This document shows positions 52,209-64,000 of a stretch of DNA of 64,000 nucleotides, one piece after another (the stretch's first letter is position 1; each line of letters starts with the position of its first letter). Below the pieces are notes generated by a model. The model did not search any database, had not been told where the DNA came from, and saw only the letters and a program-made list of their open reading frames with translations. This stretch comes from Pristiophorus japonicus (lineage: Eukaryota): contig NC_091985.1 of assembly GCF_044704955.1 (NCBI RefSeq), positions 202,368,001 through 202,432,000 of the forward strand, in the 5' to 3' direction. Made by a program: the position numbers and the translations under genes.

Positions 52209-55189
52209 ATAAGAACATAAGAATTAGGAACAGGAGTAGGCCATCTAGCCCCGCGAGCCTGCTCCGCCACTCAACAAGAACATGGCTGATCTGGCCGTGG
52301 ACTCAGCTCCACTGACCCGCCCGCTCCCCATAACCCTTAATTCCCTTATTGGTTAAAAATCTATCTATCTGTAATTTGAATACATTCAATGAGCTAGCCT
52401 CAACTGCTTCCCTGGGCAGAGAATTCCACAGATTCACAACCCTCTGGGAGAAGAAATTCCTTCTCAACTCGGTTTTAAATTGGCTCCCCCGTATTTTGAG
52501 GCTGTGCCCCCAAGTTCTAGTCTCCCCGACCAGTGGAAACAACCTCTCTGCCTCTATCTTGTCTATCCCTTTCATTATTTTAAATATTTCTATAAGATCA
52601 CCACTCATCCTTCTGAACTCCAACGAGTAAAGACCCAGTCTACTCAATCTATCATCATAAGGTAACCCCCTCATCTCCAGAATCAGCCTAGTGAATCATC
52701 TCTGTACTCCTCCAAAGCTAGTATATCCTTCCTTAAGTAAGGTGACCAAAAGTGCACGCAGTACTCCAGGTGCGGCCTCACCAATACCCTGTACAGTTGC
52801 AGCAAGACCTCCCTGCTTTTGTACTCCATCCCTCTTGCAATGAAGGCCAATATTCCATTCGCCTTCCTGATTACCTGCAAACCTGCAAACTAACTTTTTG
52901 GGATTCATGCACAAGGACCCCCAGGTCCCTCTGCACCGCAGCATGTTGTAATTTCTCCCCATTCAAATAATATTCCCTTTTACTGTTTTTTTTTTCCCAA
53001 GGTGGATGACCTCACATTTTCCGACATTGTATTCCATCTGCCAAACCTTAGCCCATTCGCTTAACCTATCTAAATCTCTTTGCAACCTCTGTGTCCTCTA
53101 CACAACCCGCTTTCCCACTAATCTTTGTTTCATCTGCAAATCTTGTTACACTACACTCCGTCCCCTCTTCCAGGTCATCTATGTATATTGTAAACAGTTG
53201 TGGTCCCAGCACCGATCCCTGTGGCACACCACTAACCACCGATTTCCAACCTGAAAAGGACCCATTTATCCCGACTCTCTGCTTTCTGTTAGCCAGCCAA
53301 TTCTCTATCCATGCTAATACATTTCCTCTGGCTCCGCGTACCTTTATCTTCTGCAGTAAATTTTTGTGTGGCACCTTTTCGAATGCCTATTGGAAATCTA
53401 AATACACCACATCCATCGGTACACCTCTATCCACTATGCTCGTTATATCCTCAAAGAATTCCAGTAAATTAGTTAAACATGATTTCCCCTTCATGAATCC
53501 ATGTTGCGTCTGCTTGATTGCACTATTCCTATCTAGATGTCCCGCTATTTCTTCCTTAATGATAGTTTCAAGCATTTTCCCCACTACAGATGTTAAACTA
53601 ACCAGCCTATAGTTACCTGCCTTTTGTCTGCCCCCTTTTTTAAACAAAGGCACGACATTAGCTGCTTTCCAATCTGCTGGTACCTCCCCAGAGTCCAGAG
53701 AATTTTGGTAGATTATAACGAATGAATCTGCTATAACTTCCGTCTCTTTTAATACCCTGGGATGCATTTCATCAGGACCAGGGGACTTGTCGACCTTGAG
53801 ATCCATCAGCCTGTCCAGCACTACCCCCCTAGTGATAGTGATTGTCTCAAGATCCTCCCTTCCCACATTCCCGTGACCAGCAATTTTTGGCATGGTTTTT
53901 GTGTCTTCCACTGTGAAGACCGAAGCAAAATAATTGTTTAAGGTCTCAGCCATTTCTACATTTCCCATTATTAAATCCCCTTTCTCATCTTCTAAGGGAC
54001 CAACATTTACTTAAGTCACTCTTTTCCGTTTTATCTATCGGTAAAAGCTTTTACTATCTGTTTCTATGTTTTGCGCAAGTTTACTTTCGTAATCTATCTT
54101 TCCTTTCTTTATTGCTTTCTTAGTCATTCTTTGCTGTCGTTTAAAATTTTCTCAATCTTCTAGTTTCCCACTAACCTTGGCCACCTTATACGCATTGGTT
54201 TTGAACTTGATACTCTCCTTTATTTCCTTAGTTATCCATGGCTGGTTATCCCTTCTCTTACCGCCCTTCTTTTTCACTGGAATATATTTTTGTTGAGCAC
54301 TATGAAAGAGCTCCTTAAAAGTCCTCCACTGTTCCTCAATTGTGCCACCATTTAGTCTGTGTTTCCAGTCTACTTTAGCCAACTCTGTCCTCATCCCACT
54401 GTAGTCCCCTTTGTTTAAACATAGTACGCTCATTTCTGACACAACTTCCTCACCCTCAATCTGGATTACAAATTCAACTATACTGTGATCACTCATTCCG
54501 AGAGGATCTTTTACTAGGAGATCGTTTATTACTCCTGTCTCATTACACAGGACCAGATCTAAGATAGCTTGCTCCCTTGTAGGTTCTGTAACATACTGTT
54601 CTAAGAAACAATCCCGTATGTATTCTATGAATTCTTCCTCAAGGCTACCCCGTGCAATTTGATTTGACCAATCGATATGTAGGTTAAAATCGCCCATGAT
54701 TACTGCTGTTCCTTTTTCACATGCCTCCATTATTCCCTTGATTATTATCTGCCCCACAGTGAAGTTATCATTTGGGGGCCTATAAACTACGCCCACCAGT
54801 GACTTTTTCCCCTTACTATCTCTAATCTCCACCCACAATGATTCAACATTTTGTTCATTAGAGCCAATATTGTCTCTCACAACTGCCCTAATATCATCCT
54901 TGATTAACAGAGCTACCCCACCTCCTTTCCCTTCTTGTCTATCTTTCCAAATTGTCAGATACCCCTGTATGTTTAATTCCCAGTCTTGGCCACCCTGCAA
55001 CCACGTTTCTGTAATGGCCACCAAATCATACCCATTTGTAATGATTTGTGCCGTCAACTCATTTACTTTGTTTTGAATGCTGCATGTGTTTAGGTAAAGT
55101 GTTTTAATACTAGTTTTGAAACCATGATTTTTAGTTCTGACCCCTCCTGCAGCCCCTTTATATTCATACATATTGTCCCTTCCTATCAC
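52209..55189 (-). mobile_element. CR1 family B, near-complete ORF2 (APE+RT) with 3' tail, inserted in the minisatellite
   Basis: 345-aa endonuclease ORF 54152-55189 (ITETWL, MGDFNLH, SDH), RT fragments, TTCTTATG tail; CAGGCTC on both flanks. Confidence 0.94.
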
Positions 55190-55560
55190 CAGGCTCGAGG
55201 GACTGAATGGCCTCCTCCTGTTCCAATGTAACAGGCTCGAGGGACTGAATGGCCTCCCCCTGTTCCTTATGTAACAGGCTCAAGGGACTGAATGGCCTCC
55301 TCCTGTTCCTTATGTAACAGGCTCAAGATACTGAATGGCCTCCTACTGTTCCTTATGTAACAGACTCGAAGGACTGAATGGCCTCCTCCTGTTCCAATAT
55401 AACAGACTCGAGGGACTGAATGGCCACCTCCTGTTCCTTATGTAACAGACTCGAGGGACTGAATGCCTCCCCCTGTTCCTTATGTAACAGACTCGAGGGA
55501 CTGAATGGCCTCCTCCTGTTCCTTATGTAACAGGCTCGAAGGGATGATTTGCCTGCAGGT
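55190..55560 (+). repeat. 42-43 bp minisatellite, right block
   Basis: About eight highly similar units (GACTGAATGG at 55201, 55243, 55286...). Confidence 0.94.
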
Positions 55561-55927
55561 TCCATGTGCTGAAAGGCCTCCTCAAGTTCCAAGATCCAGG
55601 GACTGTTCTTCCCCGTTGTTTTGGAAATAGCATCGGGCAGTAAACAGGAGCTCAATGCTTCTTGCCCGCCAGCTCTCTGATCAGGCTCCTCGCGCTGATT
55701 ATGTTTTCTCATCTCACTCAAACGTCCCCAAATGTTGCTTTCTTTTCCATCGCCTCTCGGGTTATTAGCCAAGTTTGCATCGAGCAAATCGTGATCTCAC
55801 CAGTAACAGCACTTTCCCGACGGTTATCCACGAGGCTGCTTCTGATATTTTCTTCTGCGTAAATGCTAACCACCGTAAGTAACTGAAAAGTTTCATTTCT
55901 ACAGCAACAACAAACACTTGCATTTAT

Positions 55928-56108
55928 GACATACAGAATGAATCCCACACTCACTCACTGTACCACAGACTGACAGATACAGTGTGAATCCCACACTCAC
56001 TCACTGTACCCCTAACTGTCAGATACAGAATGAATCCCACACTCACTCACTGTACCCCTAACTGTCAGATACAGAATGAATTGCGCACTCACTCACTGTA
56101 CCCCTGAC
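55928..56108. repeat. 46-bp variant of the 40-41 bp satellite (about 4 units)
   Basis: ATACAG(A/T)(A/G)TGAATCCCACACTCACTCACTGTACC...CTG(A/T)CAG with 46-bp period. Confidence 0.85.
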
Positions 56109-56234
56109 AGCTATGGTTTATATCATGTACTAATAGCTCGTCTCTACTCCAAATATTTCTGATTCTCATTCATCCAATATAATGTGAAAAACTATTGTCT
56201 GTTGGGCTAGTCTCTGATCTGTAAATTTCTCAGA

Positions 56235-57317
56235 TGTAGGATAAAACAACTCGCATACCAGGAACTGACAGGTACAGAGGAAACACCGACTCACTTACCC
56301 CAGAATGAGCGATACAGAATAAAACCCACACTCACATACCAGAAACTGACAGGTACAGAATAAAACCCATACTCACATACCAGAAACTGACAGGTACAGA
56401 ATAAAACCCACACTCACATACCGGAAACTAACAGGTACAGAAGAAACACACACTCACTTATCCCAGAATGAGAGATACAGAATAAAACCCACACTCACAT
56501 ACCCGAAACTGACAGGTACAGAATAAAACCCACACTCACATACCAGAAACTGACAGGTACAGAATAAAACCCATACTCACATACCAGAAACTGACAGGTA
56601 CAGAATAAAACCCACACTCACATACCAGAAACTGACAGGTACAGAATAAATCCCGCACTCACTTACCCCAGAATGAGAGATACAGAATGAATCCCACATT
56701 CACATTGCACAAACTGACATATAAAGGTAAATATCCACACTTGGATACCAGAAACTGACACCCCGCACATCTATCTCAAACTGACAGGTACAAAAAAAAC
56801 ACAATCACATCCCAGAAACTGACAGGTACATATTAATTCCTACACTCACACAGCAGGAACTGACAAGTACAGAATAAAACCCACATTCACATAGCAAAAA
56901 CTGATGGGTACAGAATACAATCAACACCCAGATTCCAGAAACTGACAGGTACAGAATGCAATCCACACTTAGATACCAGAAAGCGACCAGTGCAGATTAA
57001 AACCACAGTCACATATCAGAAACTGACAGGTACCAATTAAACCCGAAACTCCCATGTCAGAATCTGATAGGTACAGAATGCAATCCACACTCTGATCCAA
57101 AAAACTGACACATACTGGTCAATATCCACATTCACATGCCAGAAGCTGACGATATAGGTTAACGTACACACTCATCTATCAGAAACTGACCAGTACATGA
57201 TAAATCACACACTGACATAACAGAAACTGACAGATACAGATAAAGACCACACTCAGATACCAGAAACTGACAGATACAGAATAAAACCCACACACACATA
57301 CCAGAAACTGACCAACT
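56235..57317. repeat. 40-41 bp satellite block
   Basis: Same consensus as 24310-26026. Confidence 0.95.
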
Positions 57318-60300
57318 GACAGAAATAAAGGACAGTATCCAACTGAAAACAAGGGCGTACAAAGTGGCCAAAACTAGTGGGAGGACAGAAGACTGGGAAG
57401 TTTTTAAAAGCCAGCGAAGAATGACTAAAAAAATGATTAAGAAAGGGAAGATAGACTATGAAAGTAAACTAGCACAAAATATAAAAACAGACAGCAAGAG
57501 TTTCTATAGGTATTTAAAAGGAAAAGAGTGGCTAAGGTAAATGTTGGTCCCTTAGAGGACGAGACCAGGGAATTAGTAATGGGGCACATGGAGATGGCAG
57601 AAACTCTGAACAAATATTTTGTATCAGTCTTTATGGTAGAGGACACTAACAATATTCCAACAGTGGATAGTCAAGTGGCTATAGGGGGGAGGAGATGGTA
57701 CTCAGTAAGGTAATGGGATTAAAGGCAGATAAATCCCCTGGACCTAATGGCTTGCATCCGAGGGTCTGAAGAGAAGTAGCGGCAGGGATAATGGATGCAT
57801 TGGTTGTAATTTACCAAAATTCCCTGGATTCTGCGGAGGTCCCAGCAGATTGGAAAACTGAAAATGTAACGCCCCTATTTCAAAAAGGAAGCAGACAAAA
57901 AGCAAGAAACAATGGACCAGTTAGCCTAATATCTGTGGTTGGGAAAATGTTGGAGTCCATTATTAAAGAAGCAGTAGCAGGACATTTGGATAAGCAAAAT
58001 TCGGTCAGGCAGAGTCAGCATGGAATAATGAAGGGGAAGTCATAGAAACATAGAAAATAGGTGCAGGAGTAGGCCATTCGGCCCTTCGAGCCTGCACCAC
58101 CATTCAATAAGATCATGGCTGATCATTCACCTCAGTACCCCTTTCCTGCTTTCTCTCTATACCCCTTGATCCCTTTAGCCGTAAGGGCCTTATCTAACTC
58201 TCTCTTGAATATATCCAATGAACTGGCATCAACAACTCTCTGCGGTAGGGAATTCCACAGATTAACAACTCTCTGAGTGAAGAAGTTTCTGCTCATCTCA
58301 GTCCTAAATGGCTTAGCCCTTCTCCTTAGACTATGTCCCCTGGTTCTGGACTTCCCCAACATCGGGAACATTCTTCCTGGTATCTAACCTGTCCAGTCCC
58401 GTCAGAATTTAAAATGTTCTACGAGATCCCCTCTCATCCTTCTAAATTCCAGTGAATACAGTCTGAGTCGATCCAGTCCCCCCTCATATGTCAGTCCTGC
58501 CATCCCGGGAAGCAGTCTGGTGAATCGTCGCTGCACTTCCTCAATAGCAAAAACGTCCTTCCTCAGATTAGGAGACCAAAACTGTACACAATATTCCAGG
58601 TGAGGCCTCGCTAAGGCTCTGTACAACTGCAGTAAGACCTCCCTGCTCCTATACTCAAATCCCCTAGCTATGAAGGCCAACATACCATTTGCCTTCTTCA
58701 CCACCTGCTGTACCTGCATGCCAAATTTCAATGACTGATGTACCATGACACCCAGGTCTCGCTGCACCTCCCCTTTTCCTAATCTGCCGCCATTCAGATA
58801 ATATTCTGCCTTTGTGTTTTTGCCACCAAAGTGGATAACCTCACATTTATCCACATTATACTGCATCTGCCACGTGTTTGCCCACTCACTGAACCTGTCC
58901 AAGTCACCCTGCAGCCTTTTAGCGTCCTCCTCACAGCTCACACTGCCACCCAGCTTAGTGTCATCTGCAAACTTGGCGATATTACACTCAATTCCCTCAT
59001 CCAAATCATTAATGTATATTGTAAATAGCTGGGGTCCCAGCACTGAGCCCTGCAGTATCCCACTAGTCACTGCCTGCCATTCTGAAAAGGACCCATTTAT
59101 TCCGACTCTCTGCTTCCTGTCTGCCAACCAGTTCTCTATCCACGTCAGTACATTACCCCCAATACCATGTGCTTTAATTTTGCACACCAATCTCTTGTGT
59201 GGGACCTTGTCAAAAGCCTTTTGAAAGTCCAAATACACCACATCCACTAGTTCTCCCTTGTCCACTCTACCAGTTAAATCCTAAAAAAATTCTAGAAGAT
59301 TTGTCGAGCATGATTTCCCTTTCATAAATTCCTGCTGACTTGGGCTGATCCCAAAACTGCTTTCCAAATGTGCTGCTATTTCATCTTTAATAATTTATTC
59401 CAACATTTTCCCCGCTACTGATGTCAGGCTAACCGGTCTATAATTATCCATTTTCTCTCCCTTTTTTAAAAAGTGGTGTTACATTAGCTACCCTCCAGTT
59501 CATAGGAACTGATCCAGAGTCGATAGACTGTTGGAAAATGATCACCAATGCATCCACTATTTCTAGGGCTACTTCCTTAAGTACTCTGGGATGAAGACTA
59601 TCAGGGCCCAGGGATTTATCGGCCTTCAATCCCATCAATTTCCCTAACACCATTTCCCGCCTAATAAGGATTTCCTTCAGTTCCTCCTTCTCACTAGACC
59701 CTCGGTCCCCTAGTATTTCCGGAAGGTTATTTGTGTCTTCCTTCGTGAAGACAGAACCAAAGTACTTGTTTAACTAGTCCGCCATTTCTTTGTTCCCCAT
59801 TATAAATTGACCCGAATCTGACTGCAAGGGACCTACGTTTGTTTTCACTAATCTTTTTCTTTTCACATATCTATAGAAGCTTTTGCGGTCAGTTTTCACG
59901 TTCCCAGCAAGCTTCCTCTCATACTCTCTTTTTCCCATCCTAATTAAACCCTTTGTCCTCCTCTGCTGTATTACAAAATTCTCCCAGTCCTCAGTTTGCT
60001 GCTTTTTCTGGCCAATTTATATGCCTCTTTCTTGGATTCAACACTATCCTTAATTTCCCTTGTTAGCCACAGTTGAGCCACCTTCCCCATTTTATTTTTA
60101 CTCCAGACAGGGATGTACAATTGTTGAAGTTCATCCATGTGATCTTTAAATGTTTGCCATTGCCTATCCACCGTCAACCCTTTAAGTATCACTTGCCAGT
60201 CTATTCTAGCCAATTCATGTCTCATACCATCAAAGTTACCTTTCCTTAAGTTCAGGACCCTAATCTCTGAATTAACTGTGTCACTCTCCATCTTAATAAA

Positions 60301-62660
60301 GAATTCTACCATATTATAGTCACTCTTCCCCAAGGGGCCTCGCACAACAAGATTGCTAATTAGTCCCTTCTCATTACACATCACCCAGTCTAGGATGGCC
60401 AGCCCTCTAGTTGGTTTCTCGACATATTGGTCTAGAAAACCATCCCTAATACACTCCAGGAAATCCTCCTCCACCGCATTGCTACCAGTTTGGTTAGCCC
60501 AATCAATATGTAGATTAAAGTCGCTCATGATAACTGCTGTATCTTTATTGCATGCATCCCTAATTTCTTGTTTGATGCTGTCCCCAATCTCACTACTACT
60601 GTTTGATGGTCTGTACACAACTCACACTAGTGTTTTCTGCCCATTGGTATTCCGCAGCTCCACCCATAGCGATTCCACATCATCCAGGCTAATGTCCTTC
60701 CTTACTATTGCATTAATTTCCTCTTTAACCAGCAATGCCACCCCACCTCCTTTTCCTTTCTGTCTATCCTTCCTAAATGTTGAATACCCTTGGATGTTGA
60801 GTTCCCAGCCCTGGTCACCCTGAAGCCATGTCTCCGTGATGCCAATTACATCATATCCGTTAACTGCTATCTGCGCAGTTAATTCGTCCACCTTATTCCG
60901 AATACTCCTCGCATTGTGGCACAGAGCCTTCAGGCTTGTCTTTTTAACACTCTTTGTCCCTTTAGAATTTTACTGTAATTTGGCCCTTTTTGCTTTTTGC
61001 CTTGGGTTTCTCTGCCCTCCACTTTTACTTTTGCTTCTGTCCCCATTCTACTTCCCTCCATCTCCCTGCATAGGTTCCCATCCTGCTGCCATATTAGTTT
61101 AACTCTTCCCCAACAGCACTAGCAAGCACTCCCCCTGGGACATTGGTTCAGATCCTGCCCAGGTGCAGACCGTCCGGTTTGTACTGGTTCCACCTCCCCC
61201 AGAACCGGTTTCAAAGTCCCAGGAATTTGAATCCCTCCCTTCTGCACCACTCCTCAAGCCACGTATTCATCTGAGCTATCCTACGATTCCTACTTTGACT
61301 TGCACGTGGCACTGGTAGCAAACCTGAGATTAATACTTTTGAGGTCCTACTTTTAATTTAGCTCCTAGCTCCCTAAATTCGTCTTGTAGGACCTCATCCC
61401 GTTTTTTGACAAATTTGCTGGAGTTCTTTGAGGATGTAACGAACAGGGTGGATAAAGGGGAAACAGTGGATGTGGTGTATTTGGACTCTCAGAAGGCATT
61501 TCACAAGGTGCCACATTAAAAGTTATTGCACAAGATAAAAGTTCACGGGGTTGGGGGTAATATATTAGCATGGATAGAGGATTAGCTAACTAACAGAGAA
61601 CAGAGAATCGGGATAAATGGTTCATTCTCTGGTTTGCAACCAGTAACTAGTGGGGTGCCACAGGGCTCAGTGCTGGGACCCTAACTATTTACAATCTATA
61701 CTAATGACTTGGAAGAAGGGACTGAGTGTAACGTAGCCAAGTTTGCTGATGATACAAAGATGGGAGGAAAAGCAATGTGTGAGGAGGATACAAAAAATCT
61801 GCAAAAGGACAGACAGGCTAAGTAAGTGGGCAAAAATTTGGCAGATGGAGTATAATGTTGGAAAGTGTGAGGTTATACACTTTGGCAGAAAAAATCAAAG
61901 AGAAAGTTATTATTTAAATGGAGAAAGATTGCAAAGTGCCACAGTACAGCGGGACCTGGGAGTACTTGTGCATGAAACACAAAAGGATAGTATGCAGGTG
62001 CAGCAAGTGATCAGGAAGGCCAATGGTATCTTGGCCTTTATTACAAAGGGGATGGAGTATAAAAGCAGGGAAGTCTTGCTACAGCTATACAAGGTTTTGG
62101 TGAGGCCACACCTGGAATACTGTGTGCAGTTTTGGTTTCCATATTTACAAAAGGATATATTTGCTTTAGAGGCAGTTCAGAGAAGGTTCACTAGGTTGAT
62201 TCCGGGGATAAGAGGGTTGACTTATGAGGAAAGGTTGAGTAGGTTGGGCCTCTACTCATTGGAGTTCAGAAGAATGAGAGGTGATCTTATCGAAACGTAT
62301 AAGATTATGAGGGGGCTTGACAAGGTGGATGCAGAGAGGATGTTTCCACTGATGGGGGAGACTAGAGCTAGAGGGCATGATCTTACAATAAGGGGCCGCC
62401 CATTTAAAACTGAGATGAGGAGAATTTCTTCTCTCAGGGTTGTAAATCTGTGGAATTCGCTGCCTCAGAGAGCTGTGGAAACTTGGACATTGAATAAGTT
62501 TAAGACAGAAATAGACAGTTTCTTAAATGATAAGGGGTTATGGGGAGCGGGCGGGGAAGTGGAGCTGAGCCCATGATCAGATCAGCCATGATCTTATTGA
62601 ATGGCGGAGCAGGCTCGAGGGGCCGTATCGCCTACTCCTGTTTCTATTTCTTATGTTGTT
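57318..62660 (+). mobile_element. CR1 family B (RT to 3' tail) inserted in satellite and split by a family A copy
   Basis: QHGIMKGKS ends at 58043 and LTNLLEFFE resumes at about 61406; TTCTTATG tail at about 62650. Confidence 0.92.
58041..61405 (-). mobile_element. CR1 family A (ORF1 3' part, APE, RT, tail), nested
   Basis: 287-aa RT ORF 58402-59265 with KFADDTKL; endonuclease 59971-60891; ORF1 end matches 46187-46500. Confidence 0.94.
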
Positions 62661-62664
62661 AAGA

Positions 62665-62980
62665 TGCAGAATAAAACCCATACTCGCATGTCAAAACTTG
62701 ACAGGTACACAATAAGTTCCAACTTGCGTAGCAGAGACTGACAGGTACAGAATAAATCTCACAATCACTTCACAAAAACTGACGGGTACAGAATAAAACA
62801 CACACTCAAATACCAGAAACAGAGAGTTACAGAATAAATCCCACATTCACATAGCAGAAACTGACAGGTACAGTATGAAATCCACATCCATGTATCTGAA
62901 CAATAATATGCAAGTAAAACCCATACCTGCCTATTAGAAACTGACAGCGAAACACACACACACCAGAGACTGACAGAACA
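62665..62980. repeat. 40-41 bp satellite, resumed after the CR1 insertion
   Basis: CAGAAACTGACAGGTACAGAATAAA units. Confidence 0.88.
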
Positions 62981-63184
62981 AGTAAAACAGTTTAGGCACT
63001 CTTACCCCAGTGTCAGGCTCACACAATCGTTTTTTCAGTAATTCGGATGATAACTAACATGCTCTCAATGTGGCCCATTTAATTAGTGATTAAAGCAACT
63101 TGTGAAACAATCCCATTTTTGTTAATTTAATTTGAGACAAAAAGATGATCTGAGCATGTGCTAAATACATGCTGCTCCTCCCCT

Positions 63185-64000
63185 CCCTACGCAGTGTTTA
63201 AACCGACGGGAAGGGCCCATGCGAGCTCCCCTCCCCCAGCTCTGTCAGCGGCTGCCGTTTCCTCTGTGCTGGGCTGATGATCGTTGAACACATCAGGGAG
63301 CAGAGATATCCCAGGCCCGAGTAAGGGAGCAAACAGCAGCCTCCTTACAGCAGCTCATCACATTGGGACTGTGTCCACAGATGGGCTTTGAGTCGGGGTA
63401 AGTTCAGCGGCAGTCGGGGGCTGTCTGTAAGAGGCAGAGTGGAGCAGGAACTAGTTCCGGAACATGGAGTGAGTGGGGGAAGGGAGAGGCCATTCTCGGG
63501 CTGTGTGTGTACGGTGTAAGGTAACAGAGAAAGTAAATCACCTCGCTCTTTCAAATCAGTGCTACTTTCTTTCTCCAAATCAGTAATGAATATTTCTGAT
63601 TCAGTTCCAATCTCAGTGTCTTTTGTTTTTGGACAGTGAACAGTGAAAACACAGCCTGAGAGTGGGGATGTGAGGAGTGTCACAAAGTGCATCTATTGCA
63701 GGCACCAGGAGAGGAGTGTGAAAGGAGACACTTCAAAAATGGGTTATTTTGCGTTGAATTCTCAGAACCGTGTTGCTGGTGATCGAGAGATACATTGTCG
63801 CTCCCTCAGATACATCAGGATCCGGCCACTGGGACATTCTGTTAATGACACAGGTCCAAAACTCGGTTCCAATAGACTGAGAACAATTGTTGTACAGCCC
63901 AGGTACCTGTGGTTATATTCCAGGAAGCAATTCAGAATTTTACAGGTAGTTCCATGGGAGTGGGAGATATAAACATGGACAGTGCCAATCGGGTGTTCCC
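63185..64000 (+). repeat. Dispersed promoter/first-exon-like module, copy 3 (runs off window end)
   Basis: Colinear with 18805-19575; GTAAGG at 63321 and 63516; acceptor-like TTTTGTTTTTGGACAG ending 63636. Confidence 0.8.

Overview
Eukaryotic vertebrate genomic DNA, most consistent with a shark or other cartilaginous fish (inferred from the repeat landscape and gene style, not proven). More than half of the window is decayed, nested non-LTR retrotransposon sequence: at least three CR1-clade families distinguished by their 3' terminal octamers, a further CR1/L2-group family, and RTE-clade LINEs. Embedded in this are (i) an 11-finger C2H2 zinc-finger ORF (9863-10789); (ii) a replication-dependent histone cluster (about 27.9-40.6 kb) with H2A, H2B, a second H2A, H3.2, H4 and H1 carrying 3' stem-loops, plus four H4/H2B pseudogene copies from local segmental duplication and an outlying decayed H4 at 18.3-18.6 kb; (iii) a 40-41 bp satellite and a 42-43 bp minisatellite built from the CR1 3'-terminal sequence; (iv) a ~1 kb TIR-bounded non-autonomous DNA transposon; and (v) a promoter/first-exon-like module present in three copies. 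The most unusual observations are a full-length CR1 whose 5' end is a 70-bp tandem array with a TATA box in each monomer, the CR1-tail-derived minisatellite with a CR1 inserted into it, a short bipartite RTE-derived element, and the thrice-repeated promoter module. Repeat boundaries were read by eye and may be off by some tens of bases unless a junction is quoted.
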